Shown here: one piece after another, positions 31,053 through 41,642 of the stretch
How the letters are laid out: each line of letters begins with the position of its first letter
Position numbering within the stretch: position 1 is the stretch's first letter
NCBI GenBank assembly: GCA_019694135.1
Contig: JAIBCM010000003.1
Span: 198,626 to 262,625 of the forward strand
DNA length: 64,000 nucleotides
Origin: Verrucomicrobiia bacterium
GTDB taxonomy: Bacteria > Verrucomicrobiota > Verrucomicrobiia > JADLBR01 > JAIBCM01
Direction: 5' to 3'
Made by a program: the position numbers and the translations under genes
The notes under the pieces: generated by a model
Told to the model about the DNA's origin: nothing
What the model saw: the letters and a program-made list of their open reading frames with translations, nothing else
Databases searched by the model: none

Positions 31053-31895
31053 TCAATTTTGTGCTTTTTGAGCAACAAAATAACGATCTTTCAAAGATAA
31101 ATCTTTCAGAACCTCTATTTCAATTAAACCGCTCTGCTCTCCCATGTGCATGACCTCATTTTTTTGATCTTCTCCCATTTCCAACAAAAGCCATCCACCC
31201 GATTTTAAATAATTATCAGCCTTTTCGATAAGATTTCGGATGATAGCCAAACCATTTTCTCCACCATCCAAAGCTGGCTCAGGATCCGCTTGAACTTCTG
31301 GAGATAAATTTTTTAAAATGGAAGTAGGTAGATAAGGAGGATTTGAGACGATAATGTCCACTAAAGGCATTGTTTCTTCCAAAAGATTACATTGAATCAA
31401 TTGCAATCGATCCACCACTTTTAATTTTTCAGCATTCTCTTGGGTCAAAGCGAGCGCTTCAGAGCTTATATCACTTGCAATTGCCTTCCATCCCGGTTTT
31501 TGCAATAGAAACGTAATGGCAATAACTCCGCTCCCCGTCCCCACATCCCACAAAACTCCTTCTTTTTGAGTCGCTTTACTCAAAGCAAGCTCCACCAATT
31601 TTTCCGTTTCAGGACGTGGCACTAAAGCTCGCGCATCCGATTTAAAAGTGTAACCATAAAACTCAGCAGTTCCAATAATATGTTGCAAAGGCTCACGGCT
31701 TGCACGTCGTTTTACCAAGTTCCTCAATCGCGCTAAATCGCCCTCGTCAATTTCTCGATCAAACTGCAAGTAAAGATCAAGCCGTTTGACTCCCAACCCA
31801 AAAGCGATCAACTGTTCCGCATTCAATCGCGGCGAATCAACTCCCTGTTTCTGAAAATAATCGGAAGTAATTTGAATGAGCTCCAAAAGCTTCAT
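31053..31895 (-). CDS. prmC: Release factor glutamine N5-methyltransferase
   Basis: NPPY motif (IVSNPPY) and SAM-binding VGTGSG; 4-nt overlap with prfA. Confidence 0.9.
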   Translation of the reverse strand: MKLLELIQITSDYFQKQGVDSPRLNAEQLIAFGLGVKRLDLYLQFDREIDEGDLARLRNLVKRRASREPLQHIIGTAEFYGYTFKSDARALVPRPETEKLVELALSKATQKEGVLWDVGTGSGVIAITFLLQKPGWKAIASDISSEALALTQENAEKLKVVDRLQLIQCNLLEETMPLVDIIVSNPPYLPTSILKNLSPEVQADPEPALDGGENGLAIIRNLIEKADNYLKSGGWLLLEMGEDQKNEVMHMGEQSGLIEIEVLKDLSLKDRYFVAQKAQN

Positions 31896-32977
31896 TGCAA
31901 CTCCGCCAATCGCGCTTCCAAATGATTTTTTCTTAAGGCTTCTAGCATCTCTTCAATGCTACCCTCCATGAATTCGCTCAAATTATAAAGTGTTAAATTA
32001 ATGCGATGATCCGTGATTCGATTTTGCGGATAATTGTAAGTGCGAATCTTTTCATTGCGATCTCCCGTCCCTACTTGGCTTTTGCGATTGGCAGCATATT
32101 TGGCATCCTCTTCTGCGCGCTGCTTTTCTAACAATCGAGAACGTAAAACATTTAAGGCTTTTTCACGATTTTTTAATTGGGATCGTCCATCCTGACATCG
32201 CACAATCATACCGCTAGGAATATGCAAAACTTGCACCGCTGAATCAGTAGTATTAACACCTTGCCCACCTGGCCCTCCCGAGCGACACACCTCAATACGC
32301 AACTCATCCGGACGAATCACAATATCCACCTCCTTCGCTTCGGGCAAAACTGCTACCGTGGCGGTGGAAGTGTGAATACGACCTTGCGCTTCAGTTGCAG
32401 GAACACGCTGCACACGATGCACACCACTTTCAAATTGAAAATATTTGTAAACCTCTTCACCAAACACTTGAAAAATCACTTCGCGAATACCGCCCAATTC
32501 GCCTGGACTCAAATCCATAACCTCCCATTTCCAGAACGGATTTTTTTCAATATAACGCGTATACATTCGGTAAAGATCAGCAGCAAACAAAGTCGCTTCA
32601 CTGCCACCCGTGCCCGCGCGAATTTCAACAATCACATTTCGCTCTTCATCAGGATCGGCTGGCAATAAAGCCGCCTGAGCCGCTAAAGCTAAATGAGCAT
32701 GTTTCGCCTTTAACTCCTCTTGTTCCGCCTCCAACATCTGAAGAAACTCAGGATCTTGCTCTGCACCATCCGCTAAAAGTTTTTCATTGGCCGTCAAATT
32801 GCGAGAAACTTCTTGCAACGCTTCATAGTCAGCCAAAGCGGCTTTTAAACGACTATGTTCCCGCGTGACCTCCTGCGCCTTTTGAGGATTAGAAAAAACG
32901 CTTCCCTCAGAAAGTTGCGCTTCCACTTCCTGAAACCGTTTTCGCAATCGTTCAAAATGAGGTGTTAAATCCAGCAT
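31892..32977 (-). CDS. prfA: Peptide chain release factor 1
   Basis: GGQ motif (SGGPGGQGVN) and RF-1-like body. Confidence 0.9.
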   Translation of the reverse strand: MLDLTPHFERLRKRFQEVEAQLSEGSVFSNPQKAQEVTREHSRLKAALADYEALQEVSRNLTANEKLLADGAEQDPEFLQMLEAEQEELKAKHAHLALAAQAALLPADPDEERNVIVEIRAGTGGSEATLFAADLYRMYTRYIEKNPFWKWEVMDLSPGELGGIREVIFQVFGEEVYKYFQFESGVHRVQRVPATEAQGRIHTSTATVAVLPEAKEVDIVIRPDELRIEVCRSGGPGGQGVNTTDSAVQVLHIPSGMIVRCQDGRSQLKNREKALNVLRSRLLEKQRAEEDAKYAANRKSQVGTGDRNEKIRTYNYPQNRITDHRINLTLYNLSEFMEGSIEEMLEALRKNHLEARLAELQ

Positions 32978-33056
32978 AAACTATATTTTTTCGTTACTAA
33001 AAACAAAACAGGCGAGGAAAGTTAACCCTTCCTCACCTGCTAAAATGATATCTCAG

Positions 33057-33290
33057 CTACTTCTTAGCTTTAGTTTTTTTATTTCCAGCAATCAAAGTCG
33101 TGCCGTAGCGTTTACTAAATTTTTCTACGCGCCCCGCAGTATCGACAAATTTTTGCTGGCCAGTAAAGAAAGGATGACAAGCCGCACAAATACTAATATG
33201 CAAATCACGCTTCGTCGAACGAGTATGATAAGTTGCGCCACAGGAACAACGAATCGTTGTTTCCGCATAATCTGGGTGAATCTCAAGTTT
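33057..33290 (-). CDS. rpmE: 50S ribosomal protein L31
   Basis: MKLEIHPDY ... CxC...CxxCHP zinc-ribbon pattern; start set at Met 12 of tracked ORF. Confidence 0.85.
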   Translation of the reverse strand, partial: KLEIHPDYAETTIRCSCGATYHTRSTKRDLHISICAACHPFFTGQQKFVDTAGRVEKFSKRYGTTLIAGNKKTKAKK

Positions 33291-33410
33291 CATAAACAAT
33301 ATTTCGTTAGCATGCTTTTTCATGAAGTCAACTGCCGCTTTTTAGACAAGAAATAACATTGATCCTCAGCTAGACTGGCTTATGCTAAAGATAAGAAACG
33401 ATAAGCTTTT

Positions 33411-36400
33411 ATGATTACGCATCAACCTTACCATTTTACTCTGAACGGAAAAAAAATTCAAATTACTGATGAATCTCCGAATTTAACCCTTCTGCAATAT
33501 TTGCGACAAAATGGTCACATTGGCTCCAAAGAAGGTTGTGCTGAGGGTGATTGCGGCGCGTGCACAGTAGCGATTTTGGAACGCAATGCAAAAGGTGAAG
33601 CCTCTTATCGTGCGGTAAATAGTTGCATTATGCTCCTCCCCATGTTGGCGGGTCGCGAAGTGATCACTTCGGAAGGATTAGCCTGTCATGAAACCTTACA
33701 CCCGGTGCAGCAAGCGATGGTGGCCAATCACGGCTCGCAATGCGGTTATTGCACGCCGGGTTTTGTCATGTCACTCTTTGAAGCTTACTATCGCAAAGAT
33801 CTGAAGCAACAATGGCAAATTAACGATCAACTTTGCGGCAATTTATGTCGTTGCACGGGTTATCGACCTATTCGCGATGCTGCAGTGGAAGTATTAACAG
33901 GACGATTTAAAAATGGTGTGACTGATCCTTTTGCGGAAAGATTGGAATGCGTTAAAAATGAGTCACAATTAGCGCCCGGTCAATATGCGCCTAATTCGAA
34001 ACAATTTTTCTTACGTCCCAGTTCTCTCAAAGAGCTTTTGCAAATGATTCATGAGTTTCCCGATGCGCGACTTATCGCAGGCGGTACAGAACTGGGAGTC
34101 GATATTGCAAAAAATTTCAAATATCATCCTTACTTAATTTCCACAGAAGCCGTAGGGGAACTCAAAACGATTACCTCTACCAAACAAGAATGGCACATTG
34201 GCGCCGCAGCTACTCTCACCCAAATTGAGGAAACGTTACAAGGCGAAATTCCTTCCATTCAAAAAATGTTAACCGTATTTGCATCGCGCCAGATTCGCAA
34301 TCGCGCCACGCTTGGAGGAAACCTGGTAAACGCCTCCCCTATTGGCGATATGGCACCGGTTTTATTGACTTTAGACGCGCGTCTCATTGTTGCCTCGATG
34401 GATGGTGAAAGGGAAATTCCGATTGATCAATTTTTCCTGGCTTATCGCAAAACTGCTTTAGAACCTCGCGAAATTTTGAAATCCATTATTATTCCCAGAC
34501 AATTACCCGGGCGCGCCAATTCCTTCAAAGTCTCTAAGCGAATGGAATTGGATATTAGCACCGTGGCTGCTGCATTTCGTGTGGAATTGGATGATGCAGC
34601 ACAGGTTAAAACCGCGCGTCTTGCTTATGGGGGTGTCGCAGCAACACCTGTACGCGCTAAAAAAACAGAACAGTTTTTACTTAATAAAGCGTGGAATCGC
34701 GAAACATTGACTGAAGCAATGGCTATCATTAAAGATGAATTCACGCCTATCACCGATGCACGCGGCACTGCGGATTATCGTCGTGAACTCATCCCTAGTT
34801 TATTGGAAAAATTTTTCGATGAAGAAGAATTTCCCATCAATTATAATGCCATTACGCCGATTCCAGCTCCCGCAATTCGACCGATTCCACATGAAAGCGG
34901 TCATAAACATGTCGCTGGCACCGCAATTTATGTCGACGATGCAGCGGAACCTGCTGGTATGCTCGAAGTCTGGCCAGTTTGTTCGCCTTACGCCCATGCG
35001 CGAATTATTAAACGCGATGCTCATCTTGCAAAACAAATGCCTGATATTGTTGCCGTGCTCATGGCAGAAGATGTGCCAGGTGAAAATGATGTGGGCGCGG
35101 TGCGACACGATGAAATTTTGCTCGCTGACAAAGAAACGCTTTACCACGGTCATCTGGTCGCACTAGTAGTTGGAAAAACTCAGGAAGCCTGTCGCGCAGC
35201 AGCCGCAAAAGTTCAAGTAGAATACGAACCTTTGGAGCCTGTAATTGATTTAAAAAAAGCAATCGCTCAAAACATGTTTCATACTGATCCGCATGTGATG
35301 GAACGAGGCGACGCAAAGAAAGTATTAAACAATTCGCCCAACACTTTAGTTGGCGATTTTCATTTTGGCGGTCAGGAACATTTTTATCTCGAAACTCACG
35401 CGGCATGGGCCGAACCGGGCGAAGATGGAGAAATGTTTGTGAGTTCATCCACGCAACACCCGTCCGAAATTCAAATTGTTGTCGCTCGCGTTTTGGGTGT
35501 TTCACGACACAAAGTCGTCTGCCAAAGCCCGCGCATGGGCGGTGGATTTGGTGGAAAAGAAACGCAAGGCAACACTCCCGCTGCGCTTGCTGCTATTGCT
35601 GCCCGAAAAACTGGTAAACGCGTCCGAGTGCGTCTCAACCGAGAACAAGACATGATTCTTAGCGGAAAACGTCATCCGTTTTATGCGCAATTTAAAATCG
35701 GTTTTGATAACGAAGGCAAATTACTGGCTTTGCAGGCGGATCTTTTTGCCGATGGGGGTTGGGCTTTGGATTTATCGCAACCTGTGGCCGATCGTGCGCT
35801 TTTTCATTTAGACAACTCTTATTACCTTCCCAACGTTCGCGCTACCAGTCGTGTTGTGAAAACTCATATTGCTTCCAACACAGCATTCCGCGGTTTTGGC
35901 GGTCCTCAAGGCATGTTGGTAATTGAAGAAATTATGGATCGCATCGCGCGTCAATTAGGTTTACCTCCCGAAACGGTTCGCGAGCGAAATCTTTATCATG
36001 GCACGGGTGAAACGAACACAACGCACTACGGGCAAGTTATCGAAGATAATCGTTTGCAAAAAATTTGGCATGAACTCATTCGCTCTTCCGACTTTCATCA
36101 ACGTCGTAAACAATTAAAACAACGCAATGCAGAAAATGCCCGCTTTAAACGCGGCATTGCCATTACGCCGGTTAAATTTGGGATTTCTTTCACTTTGACA
36201 CACATGAATCAGGCTGGAGCTTTTGTAGTGATTTATGCCGATGGCAGTGTGCAACTCAACCACGGCGGCACAGAAATGGGGCAAGGGCTTCACACTAAGA
36301 TGATAGCGGTCGCTGTGAAAGAGCTGGGCGTCAAAGTCGAACAAATTCGTGTGATGAACACAAGCACCGATAAAGTGCCAAACACCTCTCCTACTGCTGC

Positions 36401-37220
36401 TTCCAGCGGCTCCGATCTCAATGGACAAGCCGTGAAAAATGCCTGTGTCATATTGCGCGAACGTTTGACACCCGTGGCAATGAAATTGTTGGAGGAAGAA
36501 TTTCAGCAAAAATCGTCCGGGATCATTTTTGAAGATGGCGAAGTTTATGACAAAAAATTTCCGCACAACAAAATTTCTTTTATCGCTCTGACCCAACGCG
36601 CTTATGTCGAACGCATCAGTTTATCAACCACGGGTTTCTTCGCGACTCCCGGTATTTATATGGACTGGAGCAAGGGCAAAGGAAATCCTTTCCTTTATTT
36701 TGCCTGCGGTGCAGCAGTGACGGAAGTAGAAATCGATAGTTACACGGGCATGAATCGCATTTTGCGAGTCGATATTTTGCATGATGTTGGAAGCTCTCTT
36801 AACGAAGCGGTGGATCGTGGCCAAATCGAAGGTGCGTTTGTTCAAGGCATGGGCTGGTTAACCTGCGAAGAATTAAAATGGGATGATAAAGGCAAGCTCC
36901 TTACTAAATGCGCTAGTACTTATGCAATTCCTGCCATTAGCAACGCACCGATTGAATTTAATGTGAAACTGCTGCCCGATGCGGCACAACACAACACCAT
37001 TCACGGCAGCAAAGCCGTGGGAGAACCACCTCTCATGCTTGCAATTTCTGTGCGTGAAGCGCTTCGTGACGCTATCGCAGCCTTTAGCGAGTCAGGCGAA
37101 CAAATTCCTCTTCCCTCACCCGCTACGAATGAAGCGATTTATTTAACTTTGAAAAATAGGCAAACTTCAAAAAGTAACAAATCTAACAAAGAAAAGAAAT
37201 CTCTTAAAGTCTCTGCTTAA
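33411..37220 (+). CDS. Xanthine dehydrogenase, single-chain (2Fe-2S + FAD + molybdopterin domains fused)
   Basis: N-terminal 2Fe-2S cysteines (CAEGDCGACTV; CGYCTPG), FAD-binding middle, molybdopterin domain with GGGFGGKE; 1269 aa; adjacent to guaD-like and xdhC genes. Confidence 0.85.
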   Translation: MITHQPYHFTLNGKKIQITDESPNLTLLQYLRQNGHIGSKEGCAEGDCGACTVAILERNAKGEASYRAVNSCIMLLPMLAGREVITSEGLACHETLHPVQQAMVANHGSQCGYCTPGFVMSLFEAYYRKDLKQQWQINDQLCGNLCRCTGYRPIRDAAVEVLTGRFKNGVTDPFAERLECVKNESQLAPGQYAPNSKQFFLRPSSLKELLQMIHEFPDARLIAGGTELGVDIAKNFKYHPYLISTEAVGELKTITSTKQEWHIGAAATLTQIEETLQGEIPSIQKMLTVFASRQIRNRATLGGNLVNASPIGDMAPVLLTLDARLIVASMDGEREIPIDQFFLAYRKTALEPREILKSIIIPRQLPGRANSFKVSKRMELDISTVAAAFRVELDDAAQVKTARLAYGGVAATPVRAKKTEQFLLNKAWNRETLTEAMAIIKDEFTPITDARGTADYRRELIPSLLEKFFDEEEFPINYNAITPIPAPAIRPIPHESGHKHVAGTAIYVDDAAEPAGMLEVWPVCSPYAHARIIKRDAHLAKQMPDIVAVLMAEDVPGENDVGAVRHDEILLADKETLYHGHLVALVVGKTQEACRAAAAKVQVEYEPLEPVIDLKKAIAQNMFHTDPHVMERGDAKKVLNNSPNTLVGDFHFGGQEHFYLETHAAWAEPGEDGEMFVSSSTQHPSEIQIVVARVLGVSRHKVVCQSPRMGGGFGGKETQGNTPAALAAIAARKTGKRVRVRLNREQDMILSGKRHPFYAQFKIGFDNEGKLLALQADLFADGGWALDLSQPVADRALFHLDNSYYLPNVRATSRVVKTHIASNTAFRGFGGPQGMLVIEEIMDRIARQLGLPPETVRERNLYHGTGETNTTHYGQVIEDNRLQKIWHELIRSSDFHQRRKQLKQRNAENARFKRGIAITPVKFGISFTLTHMNQAGAFVVIYADGSVQLNHGGTEMGQGLHTKMIAVAVKELGVKVEQIRVMNTSTDKVPNTSPTAASSGSDLNGQAVKNACVILRERLTPVAMKLLEEEFQQKSSGIIFEDGEVYDKKFPHNKISFIALTQRAYVERISLSTTGFFATPGIYMDWSKGKGNPFLYFACGAAVTEVEIDSYTGMNRILRVDILHDVGSSLNEAVDRGQIEGAFVQGMGWLTCEELKWDDKGKLLTKCASTYAIPAISNAPIEFNVKLLPDAAQHNTIHGSKAVGEPPLMLAISVREALRDAIAAFSESGEQIPLPSPATNEAIYLTLKNRQTSKSNKSNKEKKSLKVSA

Positions 37221-38490
37221 CACCCGTAATTTTTTTCTTTTTTTCTTCGCTTTCCTCTTGTTGTTCTTGCTGCTCTTGCTTTTCAGATTCAGGGTCTTTG
37301 AGCAAGGGAGATTTTTGCATTTTATCGATCTGTTCTGCAGTCCAGCGTTTGGCATTTGAAGCAGGATCAAATTCTCTATTAATATTACAAACTGCCATAA
37401 CATTTCTTGCATCTTCGGGCTTTGGCGGGCAAGAGTATTTGTCAGCATGATACGGGTAATGATGATCCTGCGTTAAAACATGACCAATTTCATGAGCTAA
37501 AACGAAAGGCACTTTTGTATCAGACATCACAACATTGTTAATACGATTATCATCAGGACTTTTATCGTTTAAAATCGTGTCTTCCTTGTAAATTTTAGCA
37601 TAAGCTACTGCTATATTATCTTTTGAAGGAGGATCCACCTTATCAAACTTGCCCACATAAAAAACCTGAACATCTCTAGGATTTGGAGTTGCTAATTTAT
37701 CAAATAATACCTTTTCATCGCTTTCGCTGAAACCATCCGATAAATTGACACCCTCCGGAACATCGACAGAAACAATATTGGCATTAATCTTAATCCCAAC
37801 CGATGCATAAATCTCATTAGCCTCTTCAACTTGCCTCTCAACATCTTCTCGGCTCGCCGCTTCTTGACCATCTTTTTTAAGAATATTAATGGTTATATCA
37901 AGTTCTTTAACAATAGGCACTTTAGCTGTGGTTGAAATATTTTTTTCAGGATAATCAACCTTAACTTCACCTCCCAGCATTGTTTGAAAGGTTTGATCGC
38001 ATTGCATCACTTTCTTATCACATTGATTATCTTCAATTTTATTTACAACTACAGCATCATCAATGGCATCAGACGTTAATAATAAGGGTTTCGACTCAAA
38101 AATCCCCGACCCTTCTGCCGTTTCGTTTAAGACAACTTTTCTGTCTTTCTCATCATATTTAGGATTTGGATTTTGAGTGGATAATGTAACATTTATTTGT
38201 TTTTCACCACTTTCATTGATATCTTTCAATCGAATAAAAAACTTATTGTCATCGTTATTGGGATCAAAGGTTGCTTTTCCAGGATTAACTCCATCTTTAG
38301 TTTTTACATAATGAGCTTCAACAAAAGATTTTTCCATGGTCCCCACGTTAAGCTCCTCTGTTGGCTTTTTCTCAGCATCAAGAATTTCTAAAACGGGCGG
38401 ACCAGCAGCAGCTTGAAAAACGGTTTGATTAGAGTTTCGATTGGTTTCGGTTTGTTGAGACGACTCTTCAGGTTTTCTGATTTGTCCCAT
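37204..38490 (-). CDS. Hypothetical protein with HExxH zinc-metallopeptidase-like motif (paralogue of 1623..2873)
   Basis: VLAHEIGHVLTQDHH near C-terminus; EIYASVGIKI block aligns with EIYASQGIKL of the paralogue; Glu/Lys-rich C-terminal tail; no signal peptide. Confidence 0.6.
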   Translation of the reverse strand: MGQIRKPEESSQQTETNRNSNQTVFQAAAGPPVLEILDAEKKPTEELNVGTMEKSFVEAHYVKTKDGVNPGKATFDPNNDDNKFFIRLKDINESGEKQINVTLSTQNPNPKYDEKDRKVVLNETAEGSGIFESKPLLLTSDAIDDAVVVNKIEDNQCDKKVMQCDQTFQTMLGGEVKVDYPEKNISTTAKVPIVKELDITINILKKDGQEAASREDVERQVEEANEIYASVGIKINANIVSVDVPEGVNLSDGFSESDEKVLFDKLATPNPRDVQVFYVGKFDKVDPPSKDNIAVAYAKIYKEDTILNDKSPDDNRINNVVMSDTKVPFVLAHEIGHVLTQDHHYPYHADKYSCPPKPEDARNVMAVCNINREFDPASNAKRWTAEQIDKMQKSPLLKDPESEKQEQQEQQEESEEKKKKITGVKQRL

Positions 38491-38585
38491 GAAAAAGACA
38501 TATAAGCTAAAATTAATTATATTTCAAATGCAATATTTTTATTCAACTTGCTCTAAAATTTAGCTTTGTTAGGTTAGACTTTTAT

Positions 38586-39053
38586 ATGAAAGAACAATTC
38601 ATGCGAGAAGCGATCCATATGGCGGATCATGGAATGTGTAAGGGTCATGGAGGGCCGTTTGGAGCGGTTATTGTTAAAGATGGAAAAGTGATCGGTCGCG
38701 GATGCAATCAAGTGACTTCCACCAATGATCCTACCGCTCATGCCGAAATGGTTGCCATTCGTGACGCATGTAAAAATGTGAAAGATTTTTCTCTGGATGG
38801 CGCTGAAATTTACACCAGTTGTGAACCGTGTCCCATGTGTTTAGCAGCGATTTATTGGGCGCGAATTGCTAAAATTTATTACGCGAACACTCGCAAAGAT
38901 GCTGCGGATATTGGGTTTGATGATGATTTTATTTATCGTGAAGTTCCGCTGCCTTTGGAAAAACGTTCGCTCAAGATTGAACCTTTACTGCGCGAAGAAG
39001 CGCAACGCGCTTTTCAAGATTGGCTCAAAAAAGAGGATAAAATTCCTTATTGA
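38586..39053 (+). CDS. guaD: Guanine deaminase, cytidine-deaminase fold (GuaD-type)
   Basis: HAEMVAIR...CEPCPMC zinc motif; overall pattern recalled as similar to small Bacillus-type guanine deaminase; in purine catabolism context. Confidence 0.75.
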   Translation: MKEQFMREAIHMADHGMCKGHGGPFGAVIVKDGKVIGRGCNQVTSTNDPTAHAEMVAIRDACKNVKDFSLDGAEIYTSCEPCPMCLAAIYWARIAKIYYANTRKDAADIGFDDDFIYREVPLPLEKRSLKIEPLLREEAQRAFQDWLKKEDKIPY

Positions 39054-39102
39054 GTCGAAGTTAAAGGCGCGCATCTTATGATAGGATTAAGATGCTGAAT
39101 TT

Positions 39103-40017
39103 ATGACTCATTTTTTTGAACAGATTGCTACTGTGTCGCAATCCGCTCAGCCTGCGGTTTTAGGCATCATTACGCGGGTAAAAGGTTCCAGCCCTCAAAA
39201 GCCCGGCGCTAAAGCGCTTTTTTTCCCGGATGGCCGCATCATCGGAACTTTGGGCGGTGGCTGTTTGGAAGCAGAAATTCAAAAACGGGCGATTGCTTCG
39301 TTGCAAACGCAAAAAGCTGAATCTTTTGATCTGTTGCTAGATCATGATTTTGGTTGGGATGATGGGCTTATTTGTGGTGGTAAAGTTTTTGGCCTTATTT
39401 TACCGCAAGCAATCCAAGAAATTTCGCTTTGGCAAAAACTGGCTCGAAGAGAAGAAAAAATTCGGTGGGGTATTGATGAAAATTTTACTGTCGTAGAAAA
39501 TCCGGTTAAAGATAAGGTTTTATACGAAGAAACCACTTATCCTCCGGTGCATTTATGGATTGCCGGTGCAGGACACATTGCCAAAGCTCTGGCGCCTTTG
39601 GCGGCTTCATTAGATTTTTCTGTAACAGTTTTTGACGATCGCCCTACCCTTGCCAGTCACGAAAATTTTACTAAAGAAATCCAGCTTAAAACCGATTATT
39701 GGGATAATCTTTTAACCATTCGCCCACCCGATCATCAAAAAACGTTTGGCGTAATTGTCACTCGAGGTCATAAACATGACGCCTTGGTGCTACGACATTG
39801 GATTCATTACTCTTTCGACTTTTTAGGAATGATTGGCAGCAAGAGAAAGGTTCAAATTATTCGCGATCACTTTCTCCACGAAAAATTAGCTACTGAAATC
39901 CAATTTAATCGCGTACAATGTCCCGTAGGGATTAATATCGAAGCCCAAAGTCCGCAAGAAATTGCAGTGAGCATTGCAGGTCAATTGATTCAATCGCGTT
40001 CATCATTAATTTTTTAA
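39103..40017 (+). CDS. xdhC: XdhC/CoxI-family xanthine dehydrogenase accessory protein
   Basis: XdhC-like N-terminal domain (GTLGGGCLEAE) and Rossmann-like C-terminal domain. Confidence 0.8.
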   Translation: MTHFFEQIATVSQSAQPAVLGIITRVKGSSPQKPGAKALFFPDGRIIGTLGGGCLEAEIQKRAIASLQTQKAESFDLLLDHDFGWDDGLICGGKVFGLILPQAIQEISLWQKLARREEKIRWGIDENFTVVENPVKDKVLYEETTYPPVHLWIAGAGHIAKALAPLAASLDFSVTVFDDRPTLASHENFTKEIQLKTDYWDNLLTIRPPDHQKTFGVIVTRGHKHDALVLRHWIHYSFDFLGMIGSKRKVQIIRDHFLHEKLATEIQFNRVQCPVGINIEAQSPQEIAVSIAGQLIQSRSSLIF

Positions 40018-40027
40018 TTTCACCAGC

Positions 40028-40771
40028 TTAATCATTCGCTCGTTTAAATTCTCGCAAACGCCCTTTAAACGCCAGCTGCACCCATTCCCAGCGTTTATTA
40101 AGGGAAAGTCGTGCTGGAATCAAAGGCATAAACCCAACTAAATTTTGATTTCTTAACGCCGCTTCAAGATTGTTTTGCTCTCGAATTAAAGCATTACTGA
40201 TATCTTCATCCGTAATCGTTCGCGATTTTTCGAGTGGATTGCCAATTTGAATTAAAATAAAAGGTTTTTCTTCTTTCAAAAATTCATAGCGAAAAATAAC
40301 CGGTAAAAGTTGCGCGCGCGGCACGTTATTAGCCAAATAGGCTGTTCCCTCTTTTACTTCAATGGGAGTGTAGATAGAAGTCGTCTTTCCTTGAGGGAAA
40401 ATCCAGCATAATGATTCAGGATTTTGCAATAATTGAATCGTATAACGCACCGAAGCCGCCGCACGAAGAGGATTGGACGTGTCGACCGAATACATTCCCA
40501 GCCAAGTGAAAAAACGATAATATTTTAATTGTTTTTCCTCCATCATACAAAAAGTCGCTTTTTGCGAATTGAATCGTGTTAGATAAAAAGTCAAAAAACC
40601 ATCCCACCAATTAGTATGATTAGCAAAACAAATAGCTGGATGCGTTTTTTCCAATTTAGAATAGTTTTCTAAACCTTTAACATAAATGCCTGAAAAATTA
40701 CGTCGCAAAAGCCAGCGACAATAAAGGTAAAAAAGACTGTCCAACAAAGGATTTTTATTGGCGGGAATCAC
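40028..40771 (-). CDS. Lysophospholipid (1-acyl-glycerol-3-phosphate-type) acyltransferase family protein
   Basis: HxxxxD acyltransferase motif (HTNWWD) and downstream FPQG-like block. Confidence 0.6.
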   Translation of the reverse strand: MIPANKNPLLDSLFYLYCRWLLRRNFSGIYVKGLENYSKLEKTHPAICFANHTNWWDGFLTFYLTRFNSQKATFCMMEEKQLKYYRFFTWLGMYSVDTSNPLRAAASVRYTIQLLQNPESLCWIFPQGKTTSIYTPIEVKEGTAYLANNVPRAQLLPVIFRYEFLKEEKPFILIQIGNPLEKSRTITDEDISNALIREQNNLEAALRNQNLVGFMPLIPARLSLNKRWEWVQLAFKGRLREFKRAND

Positions 40772-41642
40772 AAGAACCCTTTTTATAAAGCCAATAAGCT
40801 TTTAAAACAAGTCGGAGTTTTTTGAATAAAGAGACATGATGCCTAACAGAAACATCATAGTCGTGTTTGGCAATCTCATCCAAAATCGCAGCATACACAT
40901 ATCTCATAATCCAAACCGTAAATTGAGAACCATCATCAGCCAAAGAAGAAATGCCTTTTTCGCTTGTTAGATAATATTCTTGCGCACGTTGAGCAAAGAA
41001 AATGGCGTATTTTTTCCAATTTTCCTGAGTAAAACCGTTTGTTAAATCGACCTGATACGACTCCAATTCTTCTGCAGGTAAATAAACTCGATGGTTTTCA
41101 TAATCTTCTTTCACATCACGTAAAATATTGGTCAATTGCATCGCAATCCCCAGGCTAATCGCGTGCTCTTTCGCGTTCGGATCTTTTATTTCAAAAATGT
41201 GACTCATGATAAGTCCCACCACTGACGCAACGTAATAACAATAATCCTCCAGATCTAACCAGGTCTTGATTTGAATGGAAGGTTGAGCATCCATTTCTAC
41301 TCCTTTGATTAAATTTTCAAAGTGGCCTTTCGGGATTCGATAAGTTCGAATCGTGGAATAAAAAGCGTCTGCCCAATCGAATTGCTCTGGAACATTTTTG
41401 GAATAAAATTGATTCAGTATCTTTCTAAGGTTCTGAGCAACTTCCAATTGATCTTCAAAAGATGTGCTGCAATCCATTCTATCATCGACATAACGACAAA
41501 AAGCGTAAACAGCATAAGCAGCATCTTTTTTCTTTTTAGGTAAAGCGAAGGAAGCAAAGTAAAAACTTCTAGCATGTTGACGAGTCATTTCCCGAGCGGC
41601 TTGGAAACTTTGCTGCAAATGTGAAGATTTAGCGGTTGGCAT
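40755..41642 (-). CDS. Squalene/phytoene synthase family protein
   Basis: Asp-rich motifs YAFCRYVDDRMD and ILRDVKEDY typical of trans-isoprenyl diphosphate synthase head-to-head enzymes. Confidence 0.75.
   Translation of the reverse strand: MPTAKSSHLQQSFQAAREMTRQHARSFYFASFALPKKKKDAAYAVYAFCRYVDDRMDCSTSFEDQLEVAQNLRKILNQFYSKNVPEQFDWADAFYSTIRTYRIPKGHFENLIKGVEMDAQPSIQIKTWLDLEDYCYYVASVVGLIMSHIFEIKDPNAKEHAISLGIAMQLTNILRDVKEDYENHRVYLPAEELESYQVDLTNGFTQENWKKYAIFFAQRAQEYYLTSEKGISSLADDGSQFTVWIMRYVYAAILDEIAKHDYDVSVRHHVSLFKKLRLVLKAYWLYKKGSCDSRQ

Noticed and set aside
34735-36596. Several 100 to 160-aa ORFs on either strand inside the xanthine dehydrogenase gene
   Set aside because: Embedded in or antisense to a long, motif-rich conserved CDS; typical shadow ORFs.
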